Of a stretch of DNA of 64,000 nt, positions 55,926 through 64,000 are shown one piece after another. Within the stretch, counting starts at the first letter, position 1, and each line of letters begins with the position of its first letter. The stretch spans positions 101,905 through 165,904 of the forward strand of contig MFNK01000003.1 of NCBI GenBank assembly GCA_001782045.1. The letters run 5' to 3'. The stretch is from Candidatus Levybacteria bacterium RIFCSPHIGHO2_01_FULL_36_15b. GTDB lineage: Bacteria > Patescibacteriota > Microgenomatia > Levybacterales > UBA12049. Position numbers and translations under genes: made by a program. The notes beneath the pieces were generated by a model. The model saw only the letters and a list, made by a program, of their open reading frames with translations, did not search any database and was not told where the DNA came from.

Positions 55926-57690
55926 TCAAAACACCTCCGAGTATAAACCATTTATCCAAAAAGACTGGAGAAATGTGAATATTTTTATAAGCTGACTTTC
56001 CGTCAAGGCTTATTCTAATTGTATCAGCCTCATTTGTCAAAATGTCCGTTTTATTAAAAGCAAAATCTAAAATGACTTTTCCAAAAGGAGGAATCACTGG
56101 AACAAATATATTTTGATAGCTGGGAGTAAAATTATCCGAATAAACGTATGCGTTTAGGCTATTAGACAACACTCCAGACCTATTTTCTACACGTACCTTA
56201 CCTTTTATTGGAAAGCCTGCAATATTATTTTCTGAAATCTCAATTGAGGGAACTAAATTTTTTTCAGTCTTAGCAAAATCTTTTGATATAGAAATATTTA
56301 CGTCTTTAACATTTAAATTCCCAGAATACTTATATCCACCTGCAGGAATTGGATAGGAACTTTTTATACCGTTTTTAACGAAAGCAAAATGGTCAAAATC
56401 CAAAACATTAAAATAATCCACCCCATTAGTAGTGTTTCCCCATGTTGGGTCTACCATGACCCACGCAGAACTATCAAAGTCATAATACTCAGGCCACGCG
56501 TGTAAGACATCTTTTATAAACGATAAAGGCCTTTGTCTTTCGTTTTCCGTATATGCATACCCGTTTACCGCTCTTGCAGGAATTCCTGCTGATCTTGCTA
56601 GGGCTATAAAAAGATCTGTAAACTCCAAGCAGACTGCGGAATCGGGCTTGCCAAGTGCGCCTAGTGCTCCCAGTCTTGGACTCTGTGTTTCAATTCTTGA
56701 AAAATCATATTTTAGAGTTTTAACGACATAATTATAGATTGCCTTTGGAGTTTTTAGCTCTTCCGAAAGTTTTTTTATTTTAGGCTCATTTGATTCCCAA
56801 AAACTTGTTTGTTTTAAATATGAATCGAGATCTTTTTTTGAAACTTTTTCTGTTCTTGGGGTTAAATAAACTTTAGCTTTACCATTTACCTTAACGTCCA
56901 GCTTTTGAGAAGCATTAAGTAAATACTGGGCCAACCAATTACCATCACCATCTATATAAACATTTAGAGGTTTTGGGTTTATTTTCTCAATTTGGACATC
57001 CTGGTAATTAGTAGTAGGAGGAAGAGCTAATTCGGTTTTAATGCTAAAAAGGTTTGTGTTTTGCATATGATAGGTTAGGTCAAAATTATAAATCTGAAAT
57101 TTACCAAAAGCCAAAGAAATACCAGATTCTCCTAAATCATCCCGCGTAAAATTTAAAGTGTTTCCGGATAGGTTTTCTAAAACATGGGGAAGCGATGGTT
57201 TTATATAGGCTGGAGGACCCAAGAATGAAGGATAAATAACGGCTACCTTAAAATTAGAAAAGTCAGATTTTTTAGATATGCCGGGAATGTTTATGTCCCA
57301 TACGTTTTCTAAATTTTGCGCTATTTCTTTTGTATTAAAGGTTACTTTAAAATTTAATTTATTATCTTTTCCTACTACTTTTTGACTGAAAGGCACATGA
57401 ATTTTACTTCCATTTTCTGTTTTTATAATGGTTGAGCTGACTTTGTCGCTTTCTTGCTGCGTTGATATATCTCTTAAGTCCTTGAATCCCACTTCTATGT
57501 CGTAAGATGAAGCATAGTAATTATTTGATAAGTTAGTAAGCGTAACATCAATATTTACTTTAGTATCCGCATTTGAGCTAATCGAATAAGTTACGTTGTA
57601 GTCGGTTGAAAAATTTTCAGCTGCAAAAGTTTTTGGAGTAAAAAACAAAAATAATAAGATAAAAATACCTAGGAAAGCCTTTTTCATCAA
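55801..57690 (-). CDS. secreted, C-terminally membrane-anchored transglutaminase-like cysteine protease-fold protein
   Basis: Signal peptide; core CLEFTDLFIALARSAGIPARAVNGYAY (TGase-like Cys box) with downstream His/Asp; C-terminal TM + basic tail. Confidence 0.7.
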   Translation of the reverse strand: MMKKAFLGIFILLFLFFTPKTFAAENFSTDYNVTYSISSNADTKVNIDVTLTNLSNNYYASSYDIEVGFKDLRDISTQQESDKVSSTIIKTENGSKIHVPFSQKVVGKDNKLNFKVTFNTKEIAQNLENVWDINIPGISKKSDFSNFKVAVIYPSFLGPPAYIKPSLPHVLENLSGNTLNFTRDDLGESGISLAFGKFQIYNFDLTYHMQNTNLFSIKTELALPPTTNYQDVQIEKINPKPLNVYIDGDGNWLAQYLLNASQKLDVKVNGKAKVYLTPRTEKVSKKDLDSYLKQTSFWESNEPKIKKLSEELKTPKAIYNYVVKTLKYDFSRIETQSPRLGALGALGKPDSAVCLEFTDLFIALARSAGIPARAVNGYAYTENERQRPLSFIKDVLHAWPEYYDFDSSAWVMVDPTWGNTTNGVDYFNVLDFDHFAFVKNGIKSSYPIPAGGYKYSGNLNVKDVNISISKDFAKTEKNLVPSIEISENNIAGFPIKGKVRVENRSGVLSNSLNAYVYSDNFTPSYQNIFVPVIPPFGKVILDFAFNKTDILTNEADTIRISLDGKSAYKNIHISPVFLDKWFILGGVLIVIFITAIPITYSGLRRISLFRQKRDNNLRGEGDKPTQKSI

Positions 57691-57706
57691 TTTATTATAT
57701 CTTATT

Positions 57707-60586
57707 TTATCCGATGCTTTTTTTCAAAAAAAGTCCTGTATATGAGTTTTTTGTATTAGCAATTTTCTCTGGAGTACCGGAAGCAACTATGTATCCGCCT
57801 TTATCCCCGCCTTCCGGTCCCAAATCTATAATATGATCAGCATTTCTTATTACATCAAGATTATGTTCTATTACTATTACCGTGTTCCCAATGTCTACTA
57901 ATTTTCTTAATACCAAAAGAAGTTTTTCTAAATCTGCAAAGTGTAATCCGGTTGTAGGTTCATCAAGTAAATATAGAGCATTAGATCCTCTTTTAGATAA
58001 TTCTGCAGCTAATTTTACTCTTTGTGCTTCTCCCCCCGACAAAGTAGGCGCGCTCTGCCCAAGTTTTATGTATGATAAACCAACGTCATTTAATGTTTGG
58101 AGCTTGTGAGAAAGACCGGAAACATTTTTAAAAAAATCTAATGCTTGCTCGACGCTCATTCGCAAAACTTCTGCAATATTTTTGCCGCTATATTGAACCC
58201 GTAGTGCTTCTTCGTTATATTGCATTCCGTTACAAACTTCGCAAGTTACATATACGTCAGGAAGAAATTGCATTTCTATTTTTATCTTTCCTTCTCCTTC
58301 GCATGCCTCACATCTTCCCCCTTTAACGTTAAAAGAAAACCTTCCTGGTCCATATCCTCTTATTTTGGCTTCCTTAGTCTTTGAAAATAAATCTCTTATA
58401 TAATTAAACGCTCCAATATACGTTGCCGGATTGCTGCGTGGAGTTCTGCCAATTGGAGACTGGTCTATCATAAAAACATTTTTTATATTTTCAAACCCGC
58501 TAATAGTTTCAAATTTTCCCGCCTTTTGTCTGTGATACGGATTATTTTTCTGCATCAATGCATGATATAAAATGTCATTTATTAACGTAGACTTACCACT
58601 TCCCGAAACTCCTGTTACTACAATTAATTTATTAAGCGGAAAATCTACGGATATGTTTTTTAAATTATGCTCAGTTGCATTTTTGATAGTTAAAGTCTTA
58701 TTGCTTTCTATTAGCTCTTTTACCTGAACAGATTTAATTTTTCTTTTTCCCGACAAGAATTGTCCGGTTAGGGATTTTGGATTTTTTATTATCTCCTTAA
58801 TATTTCCCTTTGCTACAATGTATCCCCCGTGCTCTCCGGCTGCAGGACCAAAATCAAAAATATAATCAGATTGCCTCATCATTTCCTCGTCGTGCTCTAC
58901 TACTAATACCGTATTCCCTAACATTTGAAGTGCCTTAAGGGTATCTATTAACTTTTGATTATCCCTTTGATGTAATCCAATTGAGGGTTCATCCAAAACG
59001 TATAATACTCCAGTTAAACCACTGCCTATTTGAGATGCAAGTCTAATCCTCTGTGCTTCCCCTCCCGCAAGGGTTTGAGCGCTTCTTGAAAGAGTTAAAT
59101 AATCAAGTCCCACGTCCATTAAAAACGAAAGTCTTTGTTTTATTTCTTTTAAAATAAGCTTTGATATCTCAAGTTCCCTAGGGCTTTCGTTTTTAAAAAG
59201 TTCGTTTGTAAACTCAAGCGTACTGTTAATTGGCATATTGCTAACATCTACAATAGATTTTTTATTAATAGTTACAGATAGCGCTTCCTTTTTAAGTCTT
59301 GCTCCATGGCATTCGCTACAAACTTCATATCTCATAAATTTTTCAATTTGTGACCTAATAAACATAGACTCGGTAGAAGAGTATCTTTGTTTTAATTCGT
59401 GAATAATACCTTTAAATGGTTCCTGAATGCTCGTCTCATTGCCCCAGCGGTTTTCTCCTTCAACCTCATATAATTTGTCTCCCGTTCCATTAAGCAAAAG
59501 ATTTTTTTTAGAATTGTCTAAATCTAGCATCTTTACATTAAGAGGAATTTCATTTTCATCACAAAACGTTCTAAAAGTTCTTGAAAACCAAGTATCATGA
59601 GAAAGTAAGTTAAAAAATGGCGTAATTCCACCTTCCGCAATTGTTAAATTGTTGTTAAAGACTAGATCTTTATCTACATTTAAAATTGTTCCTAAACCGT
59701 TACATACTGGACATGCTCCATGAGGCGTATTAAAAGAAAAAATTCTCGGTTCAACTTCCGGAATAAAAATATTGTCTACGGGACAAGCAAATTTTTCAGA
59801 AAATAGCTCATCTTCCATTTTTTTAGGCTTATCCGGAATAGCAAATCCTGCATCTTTTATTTCTGAAATTATCAACTCTCCGTTGCCTAATTTTAATCCC
59901 TGTTCTACATCCGTTGAAATTCTATTTTTATCGGTTTCTTTTGTAAGTACAATGCTGTCAATTACTGCCTCTATTGTATGCTTATTTGTCTTAATTAAAA
60001 CAAAATCATCCGTTGTATTAAAAACTTGACCGTCAACTCTTACCTTTTTGTATCCCCTCTTTTTTAAATCAAAAAAAAGTTCTGTGTATTCTCCTTTTCT
60101 GTCCTTAACAATGGGCGCAAGAATAAATATCTTTAAATTTCTTAGGTTCTTTTTATATAACAAGTCAAACACTGCGTTAGTTATTTGTTCTTTTGACATT
60201 TTTGTTATTTCTTTTCCACATTTCGGACAATGAGGATGCCCGATTCGTGCAAAAAGAAGCCTAAGGTAGTCATATATTTCAGTTACCGTTCCAACTGTTG
60301 ATCTAGGATTATGAGAAGCTGATTTTTGATCTATAGATATCGCGGGTGAGAGTCCTTCAATTAAATCAACATCAGGCTTTTTCATAACCCCTAAGAATTG
60401 TCTTGCATAGGAAGACAAACTCTCTACATACCTTCTTTGTCCCTCTGCGTAAATTGTGTCAAAAGCCAGCGATGATTTTCCGCTTCCGGAAAGTCCTGTA
60501 AAAACCACAAGTTTTCCTTTAGGAATTTCCATGTCTATGTTTTTGAGGTTGTTTTCTCTTGCCCCTTTGACGATAATTTTGTCCAT
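57707..60586 (-). CDS. uvrA: excinuclease ABC subunit A
   Basis: Two ABC ATPase modules ([23 protein letters not shown]; [10 protein letters not shown]), zinc fingers [20 protein letters not shown] signatures. Confidence 0.95.
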   Translation of the reverse strand: MDKIIVKGARENNLKNIDMEIPKGKLVVFTGLSGSGKSSLAFDTIYAEGQRRYVESLSSYARQFLGVMKKPDVDLIEGLSPAISIDQKSASHNPRSTVGTVTEIYDYLRLLFARIGHPHCPKCGKEITKMSKEQITNAVFDLLYKKNLRNLKIFILAPIVKDRKGEYTELFFDLKKRGYKKVRVDGQVFNTTDDFVLIKTNKHTIEAVIDSIVLTKETDKNRISTDVEQGLKLGNGELIISEIKDAGFAIPDKPKKMEDELFSEKFACPVDNIFIPEVEPRIFSFNTPHGACPVCNGLGTILNVDKDLVFNNNLTIAEGGITPFFNLLSHDTWFSRTFRTFCDENEIPLNVKMLDLDNSKKNLLLNGTGDKLYEVEGENRWGNETSIQEPFKGIIHELKQRYSSTESMFIRSQIEKFMRYEVCSECHGARLKKEALSVTINKKSIVDVSNMPINSTLEFTNELFKNESPRELEISKLILKEIKQRLSFLMDVGLDYLTLSRSAQTLAGGEAQRIRLASQIGSGLTGVLYVLDEPSIGLHQRDNQKLIDTLKALQMLGNTVLVVEHDEEMMRQSDYIFDFGPAAGEHGGYIVAKGNIKEIIKNPKSLTGQFLSGKRKIKSVQVKELIESNKTLTIKNATEHNLKNISVDFPLNKLIVVTGVSGSGKSTLINDILYHALMQKNNPYHRQKAGKFETISGFENIKNVFMIDQSPIGRTPRSNPATYIGAFNYIRDLFSKTKEAKIRGYGPGRFSFNVKGGRCEACEGEGKIKIEMQFLPDVYVTCEVCNGMQYNEEALRVQYSGKNIAEVLRMSVEQALDFFKNVSGLSHKLQTLNDVGLSYIKLGQSAPTLSGGEAQRVKLAAELSKRGSNALYLLDEPTTGLHFADLEKLLLVLRKLVDIGNTVIVIEHNLDVIRNADHIIDLGPEGGDKGGYIVASGTPEKIANTKNSYTGLFLKKSIG

Positions 60587-60656
60587 ATTGTCGATTGAAT
60601 ATTATAGACCAAATCTGCTTCTAATAAAAGTCCCCGTATGGTATATTCTTTCTACG

Positions 60657-61655
60657 ATGCTTACGCAGGCAGAATATTATTCTAATTACCATATAGGATA
60701 TAAAAGACAAGGTCGGGGAAATTTTGTAAAAATATTTTTTTGGATTGCTGCATTAACCATTTTGGGTTTAATTATTTTGAAATTATTAAATCTGTTTGTT
60801 CCTACTCAAAGCAAAAGCGTTAATATAATTTCTCCGCTTGCACAGGATTTTAAATTAGAAACTCTTGGCTCAGCAGTTGAAAGAGCCGAAAATTCGTCGT
60901 TGTCGAAAATAGTTGAGAAAAATCTGGAAAATCAGGGTGGTTCTTATGCTGTTGGAATTTTAAACTTAACCACAGGGGATGAATACTTTAAAAACAAGCA
61001 TCAAATTTTTGATACAGCAAGTTTATATAAGTTGTGGGTTATGGGATTAATATACCAAAAAATAGAAAACGGTACGTTACAAAAAAACACTGTTTTGTCG
61101 GATAGCGTAGAAAACCTAAATAAAAAGTTTAATATAGCCTCAGAATCTGCAGAGAGAAAAGAAGGCGAAGTGAAGATGTCGGTGGAAAACGCAATTGATC
61201 TTATGATTACAAAATCAGATAATTATTCTGCCCTTCTTTTATCCTCATATCTTGGAATATCAAAAATACAATTATATTTAAATGAACATGGTTTTTCTGA
61301 ATCAAAATTGGGCAGTTCGGAAACACTTCCGTCTACATCGGTTTACGACATACTACAGTTTTTTTATAAGCTATATTACGGAGAGCTTGCAGATAAAGAA
61401 TTTTCGGAAGAAATGACAACTATTTTAAGGCGTCAGGTGTTAAACGGAAAAATACCAAAATATCTTCCCGATAACACAGAAATTGCCCATAAGACTGGAG
61501 AATTAGGTATGTATAGTCACGATGCTGGAATCGTGTATTCTAAAAACGGACCTTATATTATTGTTGTTTTATCTGATGCAAATAATAAAAAAACTGCAGA
61601 TGAAACCATAGCCCAAATTTCAAAAGAAGTTTATAATTATTTTATTTCACAATAG
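60657..61655 (+). CDS. membrane-anchored class A beta-lactamase-family serine hydrolase
   Basis: SxxK (ASLYK), SDN (KSDNYSA), KTG (HKTGELG); N-terminal TM; ATG 60657 chosen (track start lies inside uvrA). Confidence 0.65.
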   Translation: MLTQAEYYSNYHIGYKRQGRGNFVKIFFWIAALTILGLIILKLLNLFVPTQSKSVNIISPLAQDFKLETLGSAVERAENSSLSKIVEKNLENQGGSYAVGILNLTTGDEYFKNKHQIFDTASLYKLWVMGLIYQKIENGTLQKNTVLSDSVENLNKKFNIASESAERKEGEVKMSVENAIDLMITKSDNYSALLLSSYLGISKIQLYLNEHGFSESKLGSSETLPSTSVYDILQFFYKLYYGELADKEFSEEMTTILRRQVLNGKIPKYLPDNTEIAHKTGELGMYSHDAGIVYSKNGPYIIVVLSDANNKKTADETIAQISKEVYNYFISQ

Positions 61656-62160
61656 ATTGAAGTTGAAAATCTGAAGCCTTTATAAAATTTCCGAGAAGTT
61701 CGGAAGCTACACCATACTGATGGCCATTCATATCGGTTAGTTTTCTTTCTACGGTTTCATATATCTGCCTATCTTCACTATCGCTCACGCGCATGAAGAA
61801 ACTATTATTAAAAGAGAATATGATTCTAATATTGCCAGAAGGAGAATAGTAGTGAAGAAAAAAATCCGTACTAGTTAAGTTTTTTTCTTCCAAAATATTT
61901 ATACCTAAAGATAAAGATGTTTCGGGAGATAGATTAATTTCATGTATTTTAAGATATCCAATTGGATATCCTTCGTTTTCATACTCTAAAGACCTTGGAT
62001 ATTCCTGTCTTTCTCCATATAACCCAGCAATTACCCTGGCTTTGGTTATTTTTTCAGAAAGAGTATCGTACTGCTCTTTGTTTATGGGTTTATCAATTCT
62101 AAATTCGTAGATAGAATCCGAACTTGATAAAAATTCGCGTGTTTTCGAAAGTTCTACCAT
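61642..62160 (-). CDS. hypothetical protein (172 aa)
   Basis: ATG 62160 abuts tRNA-Lys; longer track ORF overlaps the tRNA. Confidence 0.4.
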   Translation of the reverse strand: MVELSKTREFLSSSDSIYEFRIDKPINKEQYDTLSEKITKARVIAGLYGERQEYPRSLEYENEGYPIGYLKIHEINLSPETSLSLGINILEEKNLTSTDFFLHYYSPSGNIRIIFSFNNSFFMRVSDSEDRQIYETVERKLTDMNGHQYGVASELLGNFIKASDFQLQSIVK

Positions 62161-62162
62161 GG

Positions 62163-62234
62163 TGAGCCGTGCAGGATTCGAACCTGCGACCAAGAGCTTA
62201 AAAGGCTCCTGCTCTACCGCTGAGCTAACGGCCC
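62163..62234 (-). tRNA. tRNA-Lys (anticodon TTT); CC only
   Basis: RC GGGCCGTTAGCTCAGCGGTAGAGCAGGAGCCTTTTAAGCTCTTGGTCGCAGGTTCGAATCCTGCACGGCTCACC. Confidence 0.85.
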
Positions 62235-62329
62235 GTAAACAAAATAGATTATATCAACGATTCTGTCTACTTGACAAGCAAGAATAAAAAAATATAGACT
62301 GTTGAAAATACGGGAAAGGAGGTGAAAAT

Positions 62330-62986
62330 ATGACGGATATTGGAACAACGTTATCTGCCTCATTCAATGGCGCCTTCTATGCCACGGTAAACTTCATCCC
62401 AAGATTTTTAACAGGAGCGATAGTACTAATTATTGGTGTAATTATCGGATCTTTGGTTAAACAAATAATAGTAAGCGTATCCAAATCTTTAAAAATAGAA
62501 TCTTATTTACGAAGATATGGAGTTCCTGAATTGGGTGAATATTCCTGGACAAATATTTTGGCGGAAATTGTAAGATGGTTTGTAATAATAGTCTTTTTAA
62601 TTCCAACAGCAGATGTATGGAATATGCCAAGAATTATTACGGTTTTAAACCAATTCTTACTTTATCTTCCAAATGTATTTGTTGCGGCAGTTATTGCAAT
62701 TGTAGGATTTGTTTTTGCCAGAATAGCGCACGATTTGGTATTGGCTTCAGCTAAAGGAGTCGATGCTCAAGCTGCAAGTACAGTAGCCACTGTTACTAGA
62801 TGGGCTATTAATATATTTGTAATTTTGGCAGTACTTTCCCAGCTTGGAGTTGCAACCGACCTAATAAGAATATTGTTTACAGGTTTGGTAGCAATGGTTG
62901 CTATAGCCGGTGGAATTGCATTCGGACTGGGTGGACAGGATGGAGCTAAAGACGTAGTTGACGGTCTTAGAAAAAGGTTTAAATAA
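62330..62986 (+). CDS. membrane protein with repeated conserved TM-helix units (MscS-associated TM_helix-like)
   Basis: Three to four repeats of ~25-aa hydrophobic helix followed by charged linker; SD AAAGGAGGTG upstream. Confidence 0.45.
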   Translation: MTDIGTTLSASFNGAFYATVNFIPRFLTGAIVLIIGVIIGSLVKQIIVSVSKSLKIESYLRRYGVPELGEYSWTNILAEIVRWFVIIVFLIPTADVWNMPRIITVLNQFLLYLPNVFVAAVIAIVGFVFARIAHDLVLASAKGVDAQAASTVATVTRWAINIFVILAVLSQLGVATDLIRILFTGLVAMVAIAGGIAFGLGGQDGAKDVVDGLRKRFK

Positions 62987-63028
62987 TAATTGCCTTTAAA
63001 TAGGACTTTAGGCTATAATTAGTGTCCT

Positions 63029-63102
63029 GCCGCGGTCGTCTAGTGGCCTAGGACACCTGGTTTTCAGCCAGGGAATCAGGGGTTCGACTCCCCTCCGCGG
63101 TA
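63029..63102 (+). tRNA. tRNA-Glu (anticodon TTC); no CCA
   Basis: TCGTCTAGTGGCCTAGGACA D-arm as in E. coli tRNA-Glu, loop TTTTCAG, T-arm AGGGG-TTCGACT-CCCCT. Confidence 0.8.
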
Positions 63103-63123
63103 CTTTTTGGTATAATTCCCCAA

Positions 63124-63864
63124 ATGAAAGAATCTGCAAAATTTTTAATTTGTTGGGATCTTGATGAGACTCTTGGGCATTTTGCTCCTCTAGTGTATGA
63201 TATGGATGGCGAAGAAAGACCACGGTGGGATAAAGACGTTTATTTAGCCTATGGTATTCAAGACGTCCTTGATAAATTCTCCGAAAAAAACGGGTTTAGA
63301 AGTTGCGTTACCACAGCCTCGATGAGAGATTACGCGGAGTTTGCTCTTGAACAGACAAATTTACGTAGTTATTTTTCAGATTTGTATGCAAGAGACGTCA
63401 CTGCACCGTATTATGAAACAACTCGCTTGTACGTTGGTAAAACATATGAAGATGTTGCTTGGGAGCACATTCCATACGATGATTATCCCAATAGAATGGT
63501 GGTAATAGGTGATAAGGTTGAAGATAATCCTATTGACATGCGTGAACTAGTGCATATCTATTCACCGGGTATTTACTTTAACGCTATGGTAATAAGGGAA
63601 ACCTTGGTTGCATTGCTGGAGGCAGGAAACGATAGCTTCAGAAAAGGTTTTGATGTACTGGCTTCAAGAGGAACAAGAGAGTTTTTCGACAATTCTTCAA
63701 TAGATGCGTATTATCATGTAGATATTGGAAGTGGAATTGAAATTGCTTTAAGTAAGACTAAAGGCTCGGGACCACTAAATGATGAGGATGGTAATATTCC
63801 TCAAGTTTACATAAGAAGTGCCGAAGATTTTAGAAAACAACCAACATTAGTTCCTGTTACATAA
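63124..63864 (+). CDS. HAD-superfamily hydrolase (DxDxT phosphatase)
   Basis: Motif I WDLDETLGHF, motif IV VVIGDK; TGgTATAAT extended -10 at 63106-63114 just upstream. Confidence 0.5.
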   Translation: MKESAKFLICWDLDETLGHFAPLVYDMDGEERPRWDKDVYLAYGIQDVLDKFSEKNGFRSCVTTASMRDYAEFALEQTNLRSYFSDLYARDVTAPYYETTRLYVGKTYEDVAWEHIPYDDYPNRMVVIGDKVEDNPIDMRELVHIYSPGIYFNAMVIRETLVALLEAGNDSFRKGFDVLASRGTREFFDNSSIDAYYHVDIGSGIEIALSKTKGSGPLNDEDGNIPQVYIRSAEDFRKQPTLVPVT

Positions 63865-63909
63865 TCAATTATTGCCAATATTGGTCTAGTTTGATATATA
63901 AATTACCTA

Positions 63910-63938
63910 TTGACAGAAAAGTATTTCTACTATACAAT
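63910..63938 (+). promoter_or_regulatory. canonical sigma70-like promoter TTGACA-17-TACAAT reading toward window end
   Basis: TTGACA 63910-63915, 17-nt spacer, TACAAT 63933-63938. Confidence 0.4.
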
Positions 63939-64000
63939 ATTTGTTACCTTCATTACGCAAGTAAGAAGAGGCAGGAGTTTAATAGCAATATTAAACGCCC

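Noticed and set aside
1-64000. Mobile element, prophage, integron or CRISPR-Cas content
   Set aside because: No integrase, transposase, Cas, terminase or portal-like proteins and no spacer-repeat arrays were seen. The only mobility-related signal is the tRNA-Arg 3'-end direct repeat.

Overview
AT-rich bacterial window with the hallmarks of a reduced-genome, probably monoderm organism, CPR/Patescibacteria-like. Evidence: many domain-minimal housekeeping proteins, TTG starts, overlapping or tightly coupled genes, 17 tRNAs of which only one encodes CCA, and a type IV pilus locus without a secretin. All calls are from reading the sequence and ORF track; no database search was possible.

Main content:
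(1) 3.5-15.7 kb: a complete type IV pilus locus (pilB, pilT, pilC, Cys-rich major pilin, pilD, seven further pilin/pseudopilin genes including a large Pro/Thr-linker Cys-rich pilin, pilM/N/O; no pilQ).
(2) 15.6-33.2 kb: a housekeeping block on the minus strand (trmD, KH protein, rpsP, rnc, nusB, rpmF, recG, tyrS; divergent PBP1A; pheT, pheS; rplT, rpmI, infC, an N-terminally minimal thrS, HD hydrolase, a PPIase-less trigger factor).
(3) 33-45 kb: a tRNA-dense, accessory-looking stretch with two paralogous secreted lysozyme-like proteins, a PQQ-type sugar dehydrogenase, a D-Ala-D-Ala carboxypeptidase, three polytopic GT-C-like membrane proteins, a SemiSWEET-like transporter with a ChbG deacetylase, and a 22-nt direct repeat of the tRNA-Arg 3' end.
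(4) 44.6-48.3 kb: a small stress/DNA-damage cluster (YdeI-like, DinB/YfiT-like, triple winged-helix protein, Pol IV).
(5) 50.7-64 kb: rnhB with a DUF2130-like zinc-ribbon coiled-coil protein, secG, short uvrC, transglutaminase-like protein, uvrA, class A beta-lactamase-like protein, HAD hydrolase.

Most unusual single items: a NUDIX-PP2C fusion protein; a large pilin with a PT-rich linker that has no canonical start codon and overlaps pilD; a 35-aa TM peptide precisely coupled between tyrS and recG; and a tRNA-His that alone encodes G-1/C73/CCA.
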